64,000 bases of DNA from an uncultured Chloroflexia bacterium. GTDB taxonomy: Bacteria > Chloroflexota > Limnocylindria > Limnocylindrales > CSP1-4. The notes below the pieces were generated by a model. It was given only the letters and a program-made list of their open reading frames with translations, did no database searches and was not told the origin of the DNA. The DNA is taken from contig OY970218.1 of assembly GCA_963713975.1 (NCBI GenBank), positions 1,984,001-2,048,000 on the forward strand. The letters run 5' to 3'. The position numbers and the translations under genes are program-made. Positions 40,031-50,497 of this stretch are shown piece by piece. How positions within the stretch are numbered: the first letter of the stretch is position 1; every line of letters begins with the position of its first letter.

Positions 40031-41051
40031 GTCCGACATGGCAGCAGCGCCCGAAGCAGGGCCGGCCAGGCGCAACTGGCTCCTGGCGATCGGTCGCCAG
40101 CGGGAGCTGAGCCTGCTCGCGATCATGTTCGTGCTGGGCGCCGGCGTGTCGATGATGGCACCCCAATTCCTGTCGGTGGAGAACTTCAGCCAGGTCGCGG
40201 TGCTGGCCTCGGTGGTCGCGATCGCCGCGGTCGGCGAGGCGATCGTCATCATCACGCGGGGGATCGACCTCTCGGTCGAGGCCATGATCGGGCTGGTCGC
40301 CTACAGCGTGGCCCGGAGCCTCGAGCTCCACATCGTGGATCCCGTCGGGGCGCTCGCCATGGGGCTCGCGATCGGCCTCGGGCTGGGCATGATCAACGGC
40401 TTCATCGTCGCGGTGCTCAAGGTGCCCGCGATCGTCGCCACCCTCGGGACGCTGAGCATCTTCCGCGGCATCGACTACGTGATCGCCGGTCCCGACCAGG
40501 TCCCCCTGGCGGGCCTGCCCGACGGGTTCACCGACCTGAGCCGCGCGGACATCTTCGGGATCCCGGTGTTCGTGCTGGTCGTGGTCGGGGTGGTCGCCGT
40601 CGGCTCCATCCTCCTGCGCTCGACGAGGTTCGGGCGCCAGGTCTACGCCGTGGGCAGCAACCCCGAGGCCGCCGCCATCCTGGGCATCCCCTCGCGGCTC
40701 GTCGTGTTCGTCGCATTCTCGCTGTGCGGGCTCATGGCGGGCCTGGCGGGCGTGATGTGGGTCATGCAGTTCGGGACGATCAACGGCACGGCCGCGACCG
40801 GGGCGACGCTGGCCATCATCGCCGCCGTGGTGGTCGGCGGCGTGAACACGCTGGGCGGGTCCGGGACGCTTGCCGGCGCGGCGATCGGTGCCCTGTTCCT
40901 GGGGTTCATCGCCAACGCGCTGATCCTCGTCGGCCTCTCGCAGTTCTGGCTCCAGGCCATCTACGGCGTCGTGATCCTGGTCGCGATCGCCAGTGACCAG
41001 CTGATCCGTCGCAGCGTCCAGCGGGCGAACACCCGGAGCGGTGCCCGATGA
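40023..41051 (+). CDS. Sugar ABC transporter permease
   Basis: GIDLSV, IVATLG, GRQVYAVGSN, AAVVVGG. Confidence 0.93.
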   Translation: MAESDMAAAPEAGPARRNWLLAIGRQRELSLLAIMFVLGAGVSMMAPQFLSVENFSQVAVLASVVAIAAVGEAIVIITRGIDLSVEAMIGLVAYSVARSLELHIVDPVGALAMGLAIGLGLGMINGFIVAVLKVPAIVATLGTLSIFRGIDYVIAGPDQVPLAGLPDGFTDLSRADIFGIPVFVLVVVGVVAVGSILLRSTRFGRQVYAVGSNPEAAAILGIPSRLVVFVAFSLCGLMAGLAGVMWVMQFGTINGTAATGATLAIIAAVVVGGVNTLGGSGTLAGAAIGALFLGFIANALILVGLSQFWLQAIYGVVILVAIASDQLIRRSVQRANTRSGAR

Positions 41052-42124
41052 GCGTCACGACCCAGTCCGGCACGGGCCTCGGCCGCTGGACGCGGCTGCT
41101 TGCCCGCTGGGAGATGCTGCTGCTGGTCGCGCTCCTGGGCCTGATCGTCCTCGGCAACGCCCTGTCGCCGTTCTTCCTGACCGCGGACAACTTCTCGAAC
41201 CTCGCCGCCGCCCTCATGGAAGTGGCGATCATGGCCCTGCCACTGACCCTGGTCATCATCCTGGGCGAGATCGACCTGTCCGTCGAGTCGATGGCAGGGC
41301 TCGCCAGCGCCGTTCTCGGCTTCCTGTGGGCGGCCGGTGTCCCGCTCGAGATCGCGATCCCGGCCGTCCTCCTGATCGGCGCCGCGGGAGGCGTGCTGAA
41401 CGGGACGCTCGTCGCGCGCGGCGGCCTGCCGTCGCTCGTCGTCACCCTGGGCACGCTCGCGCTGTTCCGGGGCCTGGCGCTGATCGTCCTCGGGCCGCGG
41501 GGCATCAGCAACTTCCCGCCCGCGTTCACGGAGCTCGGGTTCGGGGATGTGCCGGGCACGGCGATCCCCTGGTCGTTCGTGGTCTTCATCGGGCTCGCGC
41601 TGGTGATCGGCATCGTGCTCCACAGGACGTGGATCGGCCGCCAGACCTACGCGATCGGCAGGAACGCGGGAACGGCCCTCTACTCCGGGGTCAGGGTCGC
41701 CCGCATGCGCATCAGCCTGTTTGTCCTGTCGGGGATGGTCGCGGCGCTCGCGGGCGTGATCCTCACCTCGCGCCTGTCGAGCGCCCGGGCCGATGCCGGC
41801 AGCGGGATGACCATCACCGCCGTCACGGTGGTCCTGCTTGGCGGCGCCAACATCTTCGGGGGATCCGGGACGATCCCCGGCACGGTGCTCGCCGTGCTCA
41901 CCGTGGCGGTGATGCAGAACGCACTCCGCCTCGCCAACGTGTCGGTCGAGGTCCAGAGCATCGCCCTCGGGCTGCTCCTGATCCTGTCCGTCCTCATTCC
42001 CACCTTTGCTCGCCTGGCCAGGTCGGTCATCGATCGCGTCCGTGGACGCCGGCGCCAGCCGGCCGACGGGATCAAGGGAGAGCAGGCGCAACAAACCACA
42101 GGCACAGAGGAGGAACGGTCTTGA
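41048..42124 (+). CDS. Sugar ABC transporter permease
   Basis: GEIDLSV, VVTLG, GRQTYAIG, VLLGG..IFGGSGTI. Confidence 0.93.
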   Translation: MSVTTQSGTGLGRWTRLLARWEMLLLVALLGLIVLGNALSPFFLTADNFSNLAAALMEVAIMALPLTLVIILGEIDLSVESMAGLASAVLGFLWAAGVPLEIAIPAVLLIGAAGGVLNGTLVARGGLPSLVVTLGTLALFRGLALIVLGPRGISNFPPAFTELGFGDVPGTAIPWSFVVFIGLALVIGIVLHRTWIGRQTYAIGRNAGTALYSGVRVARMRISLFVLSGMVAALAGVILTSRLSSARADAGSGMTITAVTVVLLGGANIFGGSGTIPGTVLAVLTVAVMQNALRLANVSVEVQSIALGLLLILSVLIPTFARLARSVIDRVRGRRRQPADGIKGEQAQQTTGTEEERS

Positions 42125-43218
42125 AGCTCAACTCTACAGGACGGTGGGTCGCCATCGTCGGCACCGCGGCGATCGTGCTCGCGGCATGCGGCAGCAGCGC
42201 CGCCACCACGGCCCCGGCCACCGAGGCCCCGGCCGCCACCGAGGCCCCGGCCGCCACCGAGGCGCCGGCCGAGTCGATGGCCGCAGGCCCGATGACCGTC
42301 GGCTACCTGCCCAAGGACATCGTCAACCAGTACTTCGCCGCCGCCAAGACCGGCGTCGACAAGGCAGCCGCCGAGCTTGGTGGCACGGTCACCCAGGTCG
42401 GCCCGAACGAGGCGAAGGCGGACCTCCAGATCCCGTTCATCACGGACCTCACCACGCAGGGCGTGTCCGCGATCATCATCTCTGCCGACGGCAAGGATGA
42501 GGTCGCCCCGGCCCTCAAGGAGGCCATGGGCAAGGGCATCAAGGTCGTCGGCTTCGACTCCAGCCCGGCCGTCGGCGCGTACGACGTGTTCGTCAACCAG
42601 GTCGACTTCTCCGGCGTCGGCGTGAACCTCGCCGACTGGGCCTGCGAGCTCGCCCCGGACTGCACCGGTGAGATCGCCATCCTCTCCGCGGCAGCCACGG
42701 CCACCAACCAGAACGAGTGGATCGAGCTCATGAAGTCGACCCTCGCCGGCGATCCCAAGTACGCGGGCCTCACGCTCGTCGACACCGTCTACGGCGACGA
42801 CGACGCGACCAAGAGCACCCAGCAGGCGCAGGCGCTGCTGACCAAGTTCCCCAACCTCAAGGTCATCGTCGCCCCGACCACCGTCGGCATCCTCGCGGGG
42901 GCGCAGGTCGTCTCCCAGGCCGGCAAGTCGGACGCCGTCAAGGTGACCGGCCTCGGCTTCCCCAACGACATGAAGCCATTCGTCGCGGACGGAACCTCCC
43001 CGGTCTTCGGCCTGTGGAGCGTTCCCGACCTCGGCTACCTCTCCTACGTGATCGCGGACAAGCTGGTCAAGGGCGAGATCACCGGCGCTCCGGGTGAGAC
43101 CTTCACCGTGCCCGGTCTCAACGGCGACCAGCCGTACACGATCGGCGCCGACAGCGTCGTCATCCTCGGGCCGGCGTTCCGGTTCGACGCGACGAACGTC
43201 GACCAGTTCGACTTCTAG
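42121..43218 (+). CDS. rhaS: Rhamnose ABC transporter substrate-binding lipoprotein
   Basis: TTG start after GAGGAGG, lipobox LAAC, LPK...N.YF, ILSA..TATNQN.WI, YGDD, PTTVGI, VTGLG.P. Confidence 0.85.
   Translation: MKLNSTGRWVAIVGTAAIVLAACGSSAATTAPATEAPAATEAPAATEAPAESMAAGPMTVGYLPKDIVNQYFAAAKTGVDKAAAELGGTVTQVGPNEAKADLQIPFITDLTTQGVSAIIISADGKDEVAPALKEAMGKGIKVVGFDSSPAVGAYDVFVNQVDFSGVGVNLADWACELAPDCTGEIAILSAAATATNQNEWIELMKSTLAGDPKYAGLTLVDTVYGDDDATKSTQQAQALLTKFPNLKVIVAPTTVGILAGAQVVSQAGKSDAVKVTGLGFPNDMKPFVADGTSPVFGLWSVPDLGYLSYVIADKLVKGEITGAPGETFTVPGLNGDQPYTIGADSVVILGPAFRFDATNVDQFDF
42217..42270 (+). repeat. 18-bp coding tandem repeat x3 (ATEAPA linker)
   Basis: GCCACCGAGGCCCCGGCC x3; the third copy has one substitution. 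Confidence 0.85.
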
Positions 43219-43229
43219 CTCCTCCTGCA

Positions 43230-43260
43230 GGGAGTCCCGGCGGTCCCCGTCGGGACTCCC
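43230..43260 (+). terminator. Stem-loop after the binding-protein gene (mRNA stabiliser or attenuator)
   Basis: GGGAGTCCCGGCGG-TCC-CCGTCGGGACTCCC. Confidence 0.65.
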
Positions 43261-43284
43261 TCATCCAGCACCGGAGGCATTGCG

Positions 43285-43599
43285 ATGGAACGGGTCGCGT
43301 TCACCATGCGCCTGCTGCCCGGGGCCGAGCCGGAATACCGGCGCCGCCACGCCGACGTGTGGCCCGAGATGCTCCAGACCCTGAGGGACGGCGGCGTCAG
43401 CGACTACTCCATCTACCTGCTCGATCATCAGCTCATCGGCGTGTTCGACGTCGAGGACTTCGCCCGCTTCCGGGCCCATATGGCCGCCCAGCCCGTCAAC
43501 GACCGCTGGCAGGCCGACATGGCGAAGCTCATCGATCCGTGCACGGACCCGGCAACGGGGTTCCACCGCCGGCTCGAGGAGGTGTTCCACCTTGACTGA
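43285..43599 (+). CDS. rhaM: L-rhamnose mutarotase
   Basis: EYRRRH..VWPEM, YSIYL, RWQ..M, LEEVFHL. Confidence 0.92.
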   Translation: MERVAFTMRLLPGAEPEYRRRHADVWPEMLQTLRDGGVSDYSIYLLDHQLIGVFDVEDFARFRAHMAAQPVNDRWQADMAKLIDPCTDPATGFHRRLEEVFHLD

Positions 43600-45082
43600 C
43601 CAACGCACCCTGCGCCTGGCCGCCGTCGACCTCGGCGCCGAGAGCGGCCGGGTCCTGATCGGCACCTTCGACGGCGGTCGGATCGCCATCGAGGAGGTCC
43701 AACGGTTCCCCAACGTCCCGGTCCGTGTGGGCGGGACGCTGCACTGGGACGCGCTGCGCCTGTTCGGTGATATCGCGACCGGCCTGCGCAAGGCGGGGGC
43801 CGCAGGCGACGTGGCCTCGGTCGCCGTCGATACCTGGGGCGTGGACTTCGGGCTGCTCGACGAGCGCGGGCGGCTGCTCGCGAACCCCGTCCACTACCGC
43901 GACGCGCGGACAGACGGCATGGTGGAGCGGGCGTTCGGCCTGGTTCCGCGCGACGAGATCTACGGCACCACCGGCATCCAGTTCATGGCCATCAACACCG
44001 TGTACCAGCTGCTGGCGATGGCAAGCACGGACGACCCCCTCCTGCGGCACGCCGACCGGCTGCTGATGATGGCCGACCTGTTCGCCCACTTCCTGTCGGG
44101 CGCCAGCGTCGCCGAGTACACGCTTGCCTCCACGAGCCAGGCGCTCGACGCGCGCGCCCGGGACTGGGCACGGCCGATGCTCGAGCGGCTTGGCATCCCG
44201 ACCGGCCTGCTGCCGGAGATCGTGGCGCCGGGGACGAATGTGGGCAGGCTCACCGGAGACCTCGCCGCCGCCTCCGGGCTCGCCGCCACCCGCGTGGTCC
44301 TGCCCGGCTCGCACGACACCGCCTCCGCCGTGGTCGGGACTCCGATCGCCTCCCCGTCGACCGCGTACCTGTCGTCGGGCACGTGGTCCCTGGTCGGTCT
44401 CGAGGTGCCGGAGCCCGTCATCTCGGACGTGTCCCTCGCGGCCAACCTCACCAACGAGGGCGGCGTCGCCGGCACGATCCGGCTGCTGCGCAACGTCGTG
44501 GGCCTGTGGCTCGTCCAGGAGAGCCGTCGCGCGCTGTGGCCCGATCGCGAGGCGCCGACGTACGAGGAGCTGGCAGGCCTGGCCGACACGGCGCGCCCCT
44601 TCACCGCGTTCATCGATCCGGACGACGAACGGTTCCTGCGACCCGGCGACCTCCCGGCGCGGGTGCGGGAGTTCTGCGCTGAGACGGGCCAGCCGGTGCC
44701 GCAGGACACGGCGACGCTCATCCGCGTGCTGCTCGAGAGCCTGGCGCTGCGCTATGCGGCCGCGATCGACCAGCTCGCAGCCGCCGCGGGTCACCCGGTC
44801 GATGCCCTCCACGTCGTGGGCGGCGGCTCCAACCACCGCCTCCTCTGCCGGCTCACCGCGGGTGCCACCGGCCTCCCGGTGCGGGCCGGTCCCGTCGAGG
44901 CCACCGCCATCGGCAACCTGGCCGTCCAGGCGATCGCCGCTGGGGAGCTCGCCTCCGTCGCGGAGGCACGCGAGCTGGCCGCCCGTTCCTTCCCCACGAC
45001 CACCTTCGAGCCGTCCGGCGACTGGACCGGGGCGCGTGAGCGCTTTGCCGAGGTCTGCGCCCGCCGGACCACCCCCGCCTGA
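43592..45082 (+). CDS. rhaB: Rhamnulokinase (FGGY family)
   Basis: AVDLGAESGR, DTWGVDF, YRD.RT, TGIQFM..NT, HDTASA, SSGTWSL.G, TNEGG, GPVEAT. Confidence 0.92.
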   Translation: MTDQRTLRLAAVDLGAESGRVLIGTFDGGRIAIEEVQRFPNVPVRVGGTLHWDALRLFGDIATGLRKAGAAGDVASVAVDTWGVDFGLLDERGRLLANPVHYRDARTDGMVERAFGLVPRDEIYGTTGIQFMAINTVYQLLAMASTDDPLLRHADRLLMMADLFAHFLSGASVAEYTLASTSQALDARARDWARPMLERLGIPTGLLPEIVAPGTNVGRLTGDLAAASGLAATRVVLPGSHDTASAVVGTPIASPSTAYLSSGTWSLVGLEVPEPVISDVSLAANLTNEGGVAGTIRLLRNVVGLWLVQESRRALWPDREAPTYEELAGLADTARPFTAFIDPDDERFLRPGDLPARVREFCAETGQPVPQDTATLIRVLLESLALRYAAAIDQLAAAAGHPVDALHVVGGGSNHRLLCRLTAGATGLPVRAGPVEATAIGNLAVQAIAAGELASVAEARELAARSFPTTTFEPSGDWTGARERFAEVCARRTTPA

Positions 45083-45099
45083 GCACCAGGGAGACCGTC

Positions 45100-46317
45100 A
45101 TGGCCACCATCGCCGCCGTCGCAGCACCCGTGTCCGCACCCGCCGTCGAACGTGTCGACTGGGCCATGAACGGGGTCAACGTCGAGATCCCGTCGTGGGG
45201 CTTCGTGAACACGGGCACGCGGTTCCGCGTCTTCCCCCAGCAGGGCGTGCCGCGCACGGTGTTCGAGAAGATCGACGATGCCGCGACCGTCAACCGGTAC
45301 ACCGGGATCGCCGGCTCGGTCTCGCTCCACATCCCGTGGGACAAGGTGGACGACTACGCCGCGCTCGCGGCCTACGCGGCGGACCACGGCCTGGTCATCG
45401 GCGGCATCAACAGCAACACCTTCCAGGACGAGGATTACAAGCTCGGCTCGATCTGCAACCCGGATCCCCGGGTCCGCGCCAAGGCGGTGGCCGCGATCAT
45501 CGAGTGCTGCGAGATCGCGGGCGCCATGAACGCCCAGGCGGTCAAGGTGTGGCTGGGCGATGGCACCAACTACCCGGGTCAGGACGACCTCCGCTGGCGC
45601 CACCGCCGGCTGGTCGAGGGCCTGCGCGAGGCGTATGGCCACCTGCCCGCCGGCGTCCGCCTCTATCTCGAGTACAAGCTCTACGAGCCCGCGCTGTACG
45701 CCACCGACGTCCAGGACTGGGGCCAGAGCCTCAACGTCGTCCGCCAGCTGGGCGACCAGGCCGGGGTGTGCGTCGACACGGGCCACCACGCGATGGGCGT
45801 GAACATCGAGCAGATCGTGGCCCTGCTCCTGGCCGAGGGCCGCCTCGCCGCTTTCGACCTCAACGACAAGAAGTACGGCGACGACGACCTGATGGTCGGC
45901 TCCATCGACCCCTACCAGCTGTTCCGGATCGCCCACGAGCTGGTCAACGCCATGCGTGATGACACGGACCCCGTTGCCCAGGACTGCGCGAACCACACCA
46001 CCTACATGCTCGACCAGTGCCACAACATCGAGCCCAAGGTCCCGGCCATGATCCGCAGCGTGATGAACCTCCAGGAGACGATCGCGAAGGCACTCCTGGT
46101 GGACCGGGACGCACTGCTCGCCGCGCAGGCTGCGGGCGACGTCCTCGAGGCGAACCGGTGCCTGCAGGACGCGTTCTCGACAGACGTTCGGCCGCTGCTC
46201 GCCGAGCTGCGGGTCGCGCGCGGCTTGCCCGCAGATCCCTACCGGGCCTACCTCGACTCCGGCGAGGAGCAGGCGAAGTACGCGGCCCGCGTGGGAGGAA
46301 TCGCGGCGAGCTGGTGA
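45100..46317 (+). CDS. rhaI: L-rhamnose isomerase (RhaI type)
   Basis: PSWGF.NTGTRF, LHIPWD, INSNTFQ, W.GDGTNYPGQ, EYK.YEP, DTGHH, YGDDDL, MLDQCHN. Confidence 0.92.
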   Translation: MATIAAVAAPVSAPAVERVDWAMNGVNVEIPSWGFVNTGTRFRVFPQQGVPRTVFEKIDDAATVNRYTGIAGSVSLHIPWDKVDDYAALAAYAADHGLVIGGINSNTFQDEDYKLGSICNPDPRVRAKAVAAIIECCEIAGAMNAQAVKVWLGDGTNYPGQDDLRWRHRRLVEGLREAYGHLPAGVRLYLEYKLYEPALYATDVQDWGQSLNVVRQLGDQAGVCVDTGHHAMGVNIEQIVALLLAEGRLAAFDLNDKKYGDDDLMVGSIDPYQLFRIAHELVNAMRDDTDPVAQDCANHTTYMLDQCHNIEPKVPAMIRSVMNLQETIAKALLVDRDALLAAQAAGDVLEANRCLQDAFSTDVRPLLAELRVARGLPADPYRAYLDSGEEQAKYAARVGGIAASW

Positions 46318-46329
46318 CCCGCTGACGCT

Positions 46330-46413
46330 CGCCATCCCGGGGTGCCATCGCCCGCACTCCGGTATCGCCCTCGCCCGCCATCCCGGGGCGCCCTCGCCCC
46401 CCATCCGGCATCG
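46330..46413. repeat. Imperfect 38-bp direct repeat x2 after rhaI
   Basis: CGCCATCCCGGGG(T/C)GCC(A/C)TCGCCC....TCCGG(T/C)ATCG at 46330 and 46376. Confidence 0.6.
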
Positions 46414-46661
46414 GATGAACGGCGCGCCATCCACGAGGGACCAGCGACCTCAAACTCGGCCTTCGCCGAGCGGTCCCGCACGATCCAGTCGGATCCCATT
46501 CGATAGCAGATGAACCGCTGGTCCTGCCCGGTCCCGGGCCCGATCCGCCCCCGCTTCGGGCACGGGCCCCGCGCTTCGGGCACCTGGCCGGGTCGCGGTG
46601 CGGTCGCGAAGGAGTTGCGCCAGGGGTTGCGGCAGGGTCGCGAAATCGTCGTGCGCGGACC

Positions 46662-46701
46662 TTGACAGGTGCGGTATCGTGTCGTGTGTTACCGATAACA
46701 C
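46662..46701 (+). promoter_or_regulatory. -35 box and LacI-type operator
   Basis: TTGACA at 46662; palindrome GTGTTACCGATAACAC (46686-46701) with a central CG. Confidence 0.75.
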
Positions 46702-46744
46702 CTCGCTCCCGAACGACTCACGGTCCCACCCTATGAGGAGCCCG

Positions 46745-48259
46745 ATGGTCGATCTCCTGGTCGAGATGGACGACATCTCCAAGAGCTTCCCGGGCGTGCA
46801 CGCGCTCGACGGGGCGCGGTTCGAGCTCCGGCCGGGCGAGGTCCACGCCCTGGTCGGGGAGAACGGCGCCGGCAAGTCCACCCTGATGAAGATCCTGTCC
46901 GGGATCTACCACCGTGACGGCGGGACGATCCGGGTCAAGGGCGCCGCGGTGGAGATCAACAGCCCGCGAGCCGCGCAGGACATGGGGATCAGCATCATCC
47001 ACCAGGAGCTGAACCTGATGGGCCACCTCACGGTCGCCCAGAACATCTTCATCGGGCGCGAGCCTCGGAAGCGGGTCGGCTTCTGGCTGGACGAGAAGGC
47101 CCTCAATCGCAACGCGGCGGCCCTGTTCGAGGAGCTCCACATCCGGCTCGATCCGCGGGTGCGGGTCTCGGGTCTCGCGGTCGCGCAGCAGCAGATGGTC
47201 GAGATCGCGAAGGCGCTCTCGTTCAAGTCGGACGTCCTGATCATGGACGAGCCCACCGCGGCCCTGACCGACACCGAGATCGACGAGCTGTTCCGGATTA
47301 TCCGCCACCTGCGTGAGGGTGGTGTCGGCGTCGTCCACATCTCGCACCGGCTCGAGGAGCTCAAGCAGATCTCGGACCGCGTGACGGTGATGCGCGATGG
47401 CCGCTACATCGACACCGTCAACACGGCCGACGTCGGCATCCAGGAGATCATCAGCATGATGGTCGGCCGGACGATCTTCGAAGAGGCACCCGAGCTGCCG
47501 GAGGTGCCCAACGATGAGGTCGTGCTCGAGGTCCGCAACCTGACTCGGGGCCGGGACATCCGCGACGTCAGCTTCCAGCTCCACCGGGGTGAGATCCTGG
47601 GCGTGGCGGGCCTCGTCGGCGCGGGCCGGACCGAGGTGATGCGGGCCGTGTTCGGGGCCGACCCGCGGGACTCGGGCGAGATCCTGGTCCACGGCGAGCC
47701 CGTGCCGATCAAGTCGCCCGACGACGCCGTGCGCCACGGGATCGGCTACCTGTCCGAGGACCGCAAGCGCTATGGCCTGGCGCTGAAGATGGACGTCGAG
47801 GCCAACGTCGTCATGGCCAGCCTGGCGAAGTTCACCGGCAGGCTCGGCCGGATCCAGTTCGGTAGGACTCGCGCCACGGCCCTCGAGCACGTCGAAAGCC
47901 TGGCGATCAAGACCCCGAGCGTGGGCCAGCGGACGAAGAACCTGTCCGGCGGCAACCAGCAGAAGGTGGTCATCGCCAAGTGGCTGACCGCCGACACGGA
48001 GATCCTGATCTTCGACGAGCCCACCCGCGGCATCGACGTCGGCGCCAAGAGCGAGATCTACAGGCTCCTCAACGACCTCGCCGCCCAGGGACGGGCGATC
48101 ATCATGATCAGCTCCGAGCTCCCGGAGATCCTGCGGATGAGCCACCGGATCCTGGTGATGTGCGAGGGTCGGATCACCGGCGAGCTCACGGCCGCCGAGG
48201 CCACCCAGGAACGGATCATGACCTTCGCGACCCAGCGCGACGCGGTGGCCGCCGCATGA
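46745..48259 (+). CDS. Sugar ABC transporter ATP-binding protein (RbsA-like; probably L-fucose by context)
   Basis: [34 protein letters not shown]; GAGGAG RBS. Confidence 0.95.
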   Translation: MVDLLVEMDDISKSFPGVHALDGARFELRPGEVHALVGENGAGKSTLMKILSGIYHRDGGTIRVKGAAVEINSPRAAQDMGISIIHQELNLMGHLTVAQNIFIGREPRKRVGFWLDEKALNRNAAALFEELHIRLDPRVRVSGLAVAQQQMVEIAKALSFKSDVLIMDEPTAALTDTEIDELFRIIRHLREGGVGVVHISHRLEELKQISDRVTVMRDGRYIDTVNTADVGIQEIISMMVGRTIFEEAPELPEVPNDEVVLEVRNLTRGRDIRDVSFQLHRGEILGVAGLVGAGRTEVMRAVFGADPRDSGEILVHGEPVPIKSPDDAVRHGIGYLSEDRKRYGLALKMDVEANVVMASLAKFTGRLGRIQFGRTRATALEHVESLAIKTPSVGQRTKNLSGGNQQKVVIAKWLTADTEILIFDEPTRGIDVGAKSEIYRLLNDLAAQGRAIIMISSELPEILRMSHRILVMCEGRITGELTAAEATQERIMTFATQRDAVAAA

Positions 48260-48305
48260 GCACCATCGACCCCCAACGGCCCACCACCCCGCACGAGGCA
48301 ATCCG

Positions 48306-49292
48306 ATGACAGTGACAACCGGGCCGACCAGGTCGCGGCTGGGATCGATGGCAACCGGGGACTCGGTCCAGCGCGTGCTCGCGCTCGGGGCGCTGGTCAT
48401 CCTGCTCGCCTTCTTCTCGGTGATCTCGACGCCGTTCCGGACCCCGGACAACTACATCTCGATCCTCGTCGCGACGGCCGTCAACGGTGTCCTCGCGATG
48501 GGCGTGACGTTCGTGATCATCACGGGCGGCATCGACCTGTCGGTGGGCACCACCATGACCTTCTGCTCGGTGGTCCTGGGCCTGGTCGTCACGCAGGCAG
48601 GCTTGCCGCTGTTCATCGGCCTTCCGGCCGCGCTCCTCGCCGGAGCCCTCGTCGGCTCCGTCAACGGCATCCTGATCGCCAAGGCGAAGATCCCGCCGTT
48701 CATCGCGACCCTGGGCATGATGAGCATCACGCGCGGCCTCGCGCAGGTCCTGTCCGACGTGAAGCCCATCTACTTCGAGGGCACGCCCGCGTTCTACGAC
48801 CTGTTCATGGGCAAGTACGTGTTCGGCATCCCCAATGTCGTGTTCATCATGTTCGGTGCGGCCGTCGTCGCATCGCTCGTCCTCACCAAGACCTCCCTCG
48901 GCCGGTACACGTTCGCCCTGGGCTCCAACGAGGAGGCCACGCGCCTGTCGGGCGTGAACGTGGACCGCTGGAAGATCGCCGTGTACGCCGTCGGCGGCCT
49001 GTACGCGGGCCTCGCGGGCACCCTGATCGCCGCCCGCATGAACTCGGCCCAGCCGTCCGTCGGCATGGGCTACGAGCTCGACGCCATCGCCGCAGCCGTC
49101 ATCGGCGGCACGTCCCTGTCAGGCGGCGAGGGCAGCATCTTCGGCACGGTTATCGGTGCGTTCATCATCAGCACGCTGACGATCGGCCTGTCCATCACCG
49201 GCGTTCCCGACCAGTGGAAGCTGGTGATCACGGGTCTCGTGGTCATCGGCGCCGTCTGGCTCGACATCCTGCGCCGCAATCGGCGCGGCTAG
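48306..49292 (+). CDS. Sugar ABC transporter permease
   Basis: GGIDLSVG, PPFIATLG, GSNEEA.RLSG, YELDAIAAAVIGGTSL.GG. Confidence 0.94.
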   Translation: MTVTTGPTRSRLGSMATGDSVQRVLALGALVILLAFFSVISTPFRTPDNYISILVATAVNGVLAMGVTFVIITGGIDLSVGTTMTFCSVVLGLVVTQAGLPLFIGLPAALLAGALVGSVNGILIAKAKIPPFIATLGMMSITRGLAQVLSDVKPIYFEGTPAFYDLFMGKYVFGIPNVVFIMFGAAVVASLVLTKTSLGRYTFALGSNEEATRLSGVNVDRWKIAVYAVGGLYAGLAGTLIAARMNSAQPSVGMGYELDAIAAAVIGGTSLSGGEGSIFGTVIGAFIISTLTIGLSITGVPDQWKLVITGLVVIGAVWLDILRRNRRG

Positions 49293-49393
49293 CACCAGGC
49301 CCTCGGGCCCCAACCATCCGGACCAAGCGCCGGTCGGCCGACCTCCTTGGCGGCCCCGGCACCAAGGTCAAGCACCCTTCACGGAGGAGGAGC

Positions 49394-50389
49394 ATGAAGC
49401 TCACAGGGATCATCCGCCCGGCGGCGGCACTCATGGCAGTCGGCATCCTCGTTGCGGCCTGCGGCGGCAGCAGCAGCTCGCCCGCGGCATCCGCCGAAGC
49501 CAGCGCTGCGACCGGCGAGGCACCCTACATCGCGATCGTGTCCAAGGGCTCGCAGCACCAGTTCTGGCAGGCTGTCCAGAAGGGCGCTGTCGACGAGGCC
49601 GCGAAGCTTGGCGCGACCGTCACGTACGAGGGCCCGGCATCGGAGTCAGAGGTCGACAAGCAGCTCACCATGCTGCAGACGGCACTCGACAAGAAGCCGG
49701 CCGCGATCTGCTTCGCCGCGCTCGACAGCAAGGCCGCGACGCCGCTGCTCGAGAAGGCCAAGGCTGCCGGCATCCCGGTCGTCGGGTTCGACTCCGGCGT
49801 TGACAGCGAAATCCCGGTCACAACCGTGACCACCGACAACGCCAAGGCTGCCGGCGAGGCCGCCGACCAGATGGCGAAGCTCATCGGCGATAGCGGCAAG
49901 GTGGCGGTCATCGTTCATGACCAGACCTCCAAGACCGGCCAGGACCGCCGCGACGGCTTCGTCAACCAGATCGAGGCCGCGCACCCCAACATCGAGGTCG
50001 TGGCGATCGAGTACGGCGCCGGCGACCCGGTGAAGTCGGCTGACTTCGCCAAGGCCATCATGACCGCCAACCCGGACCTCAAGGGCTTCTTCGGCGCCAA
50101 CGAGGGCTCCATCAAGGGCGTGCTGAACGCGCTGAAGGAGACCGGCAAGGAGGGCGAGATCGTGGCCATCGGCTACGACTCCGGCCAGCAGCAGATCGAC
50201 GCCATCAACGACGGCACCGAGGCCGGCGCCATCACCCAGAACCCCGTCGGCATCGGCGCCAAGTGCGTCTCGGCGGCGTTGGACGCCATCGCGGGCAAGT
50301 CGATGGACAAGATCATCGATACCGGCTTCTACTGGTACGACAAGACCAACATCAACAATCCTGAGATCCAGGCGGTCCTCTACCAGTAG
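49394..50389 (+). CDS. Sugar ABC transporter substrate-binding lipoprotein
   Basis: Lipobox VAAC, SKG.QHQFWQAV, FDSG, TDN, ANEGS, GYDSG, TQNP. Confidence 0.93.
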   Translation: MKLTGIIRPAAALMAVGILVAACGGSSSSPAASAEASAATGEAPYIAIVSKGSQHQFWQAVQKGAVDEAAKLGATVTYEGPASESEVDKQLTMLQTALDKKPAAICFAALDSKAATPLLEKAKAAGIPVVGFDSGVDSEIPVTTVTTDNAKAAGEAADQMAKLIGDSGKVAVIVHDQTSKTGQDRRDGFVNQIEAAHPNIEVVAIEYGAGDPVKSADFAKAIMTANPDLKGFFGANEGSIKGVLNALKETGKEGEIVAIGYDSGQQQIDAINDGTEAGAITQNPVGIGAKCVSAALDAIAGKSMDKIIDTGFYWYDKTNINNPEIQAVLYQ

Positions 50390-50420
50390 GCCACCCGGCT
50401 CCCTGAGCACGGTCGTACCC

Positions 50421-50455
50421 GCCGGGGGCTGTCCGCACCGCGGACAGCCCCCGGC
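50421..50455 (+). terminator. Perfect 16-bp stem-loop after the binding-protein gene
   Basis: GCCGGGGGCTGTCCGC-ACC-GCGGACAGCCCCCGGC. Confidence 0.75.
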
Positions 50456-50497
50456 CTCCATCAGGCCCAGCCAGTCGCCCACCTGGACTCCCCAACA

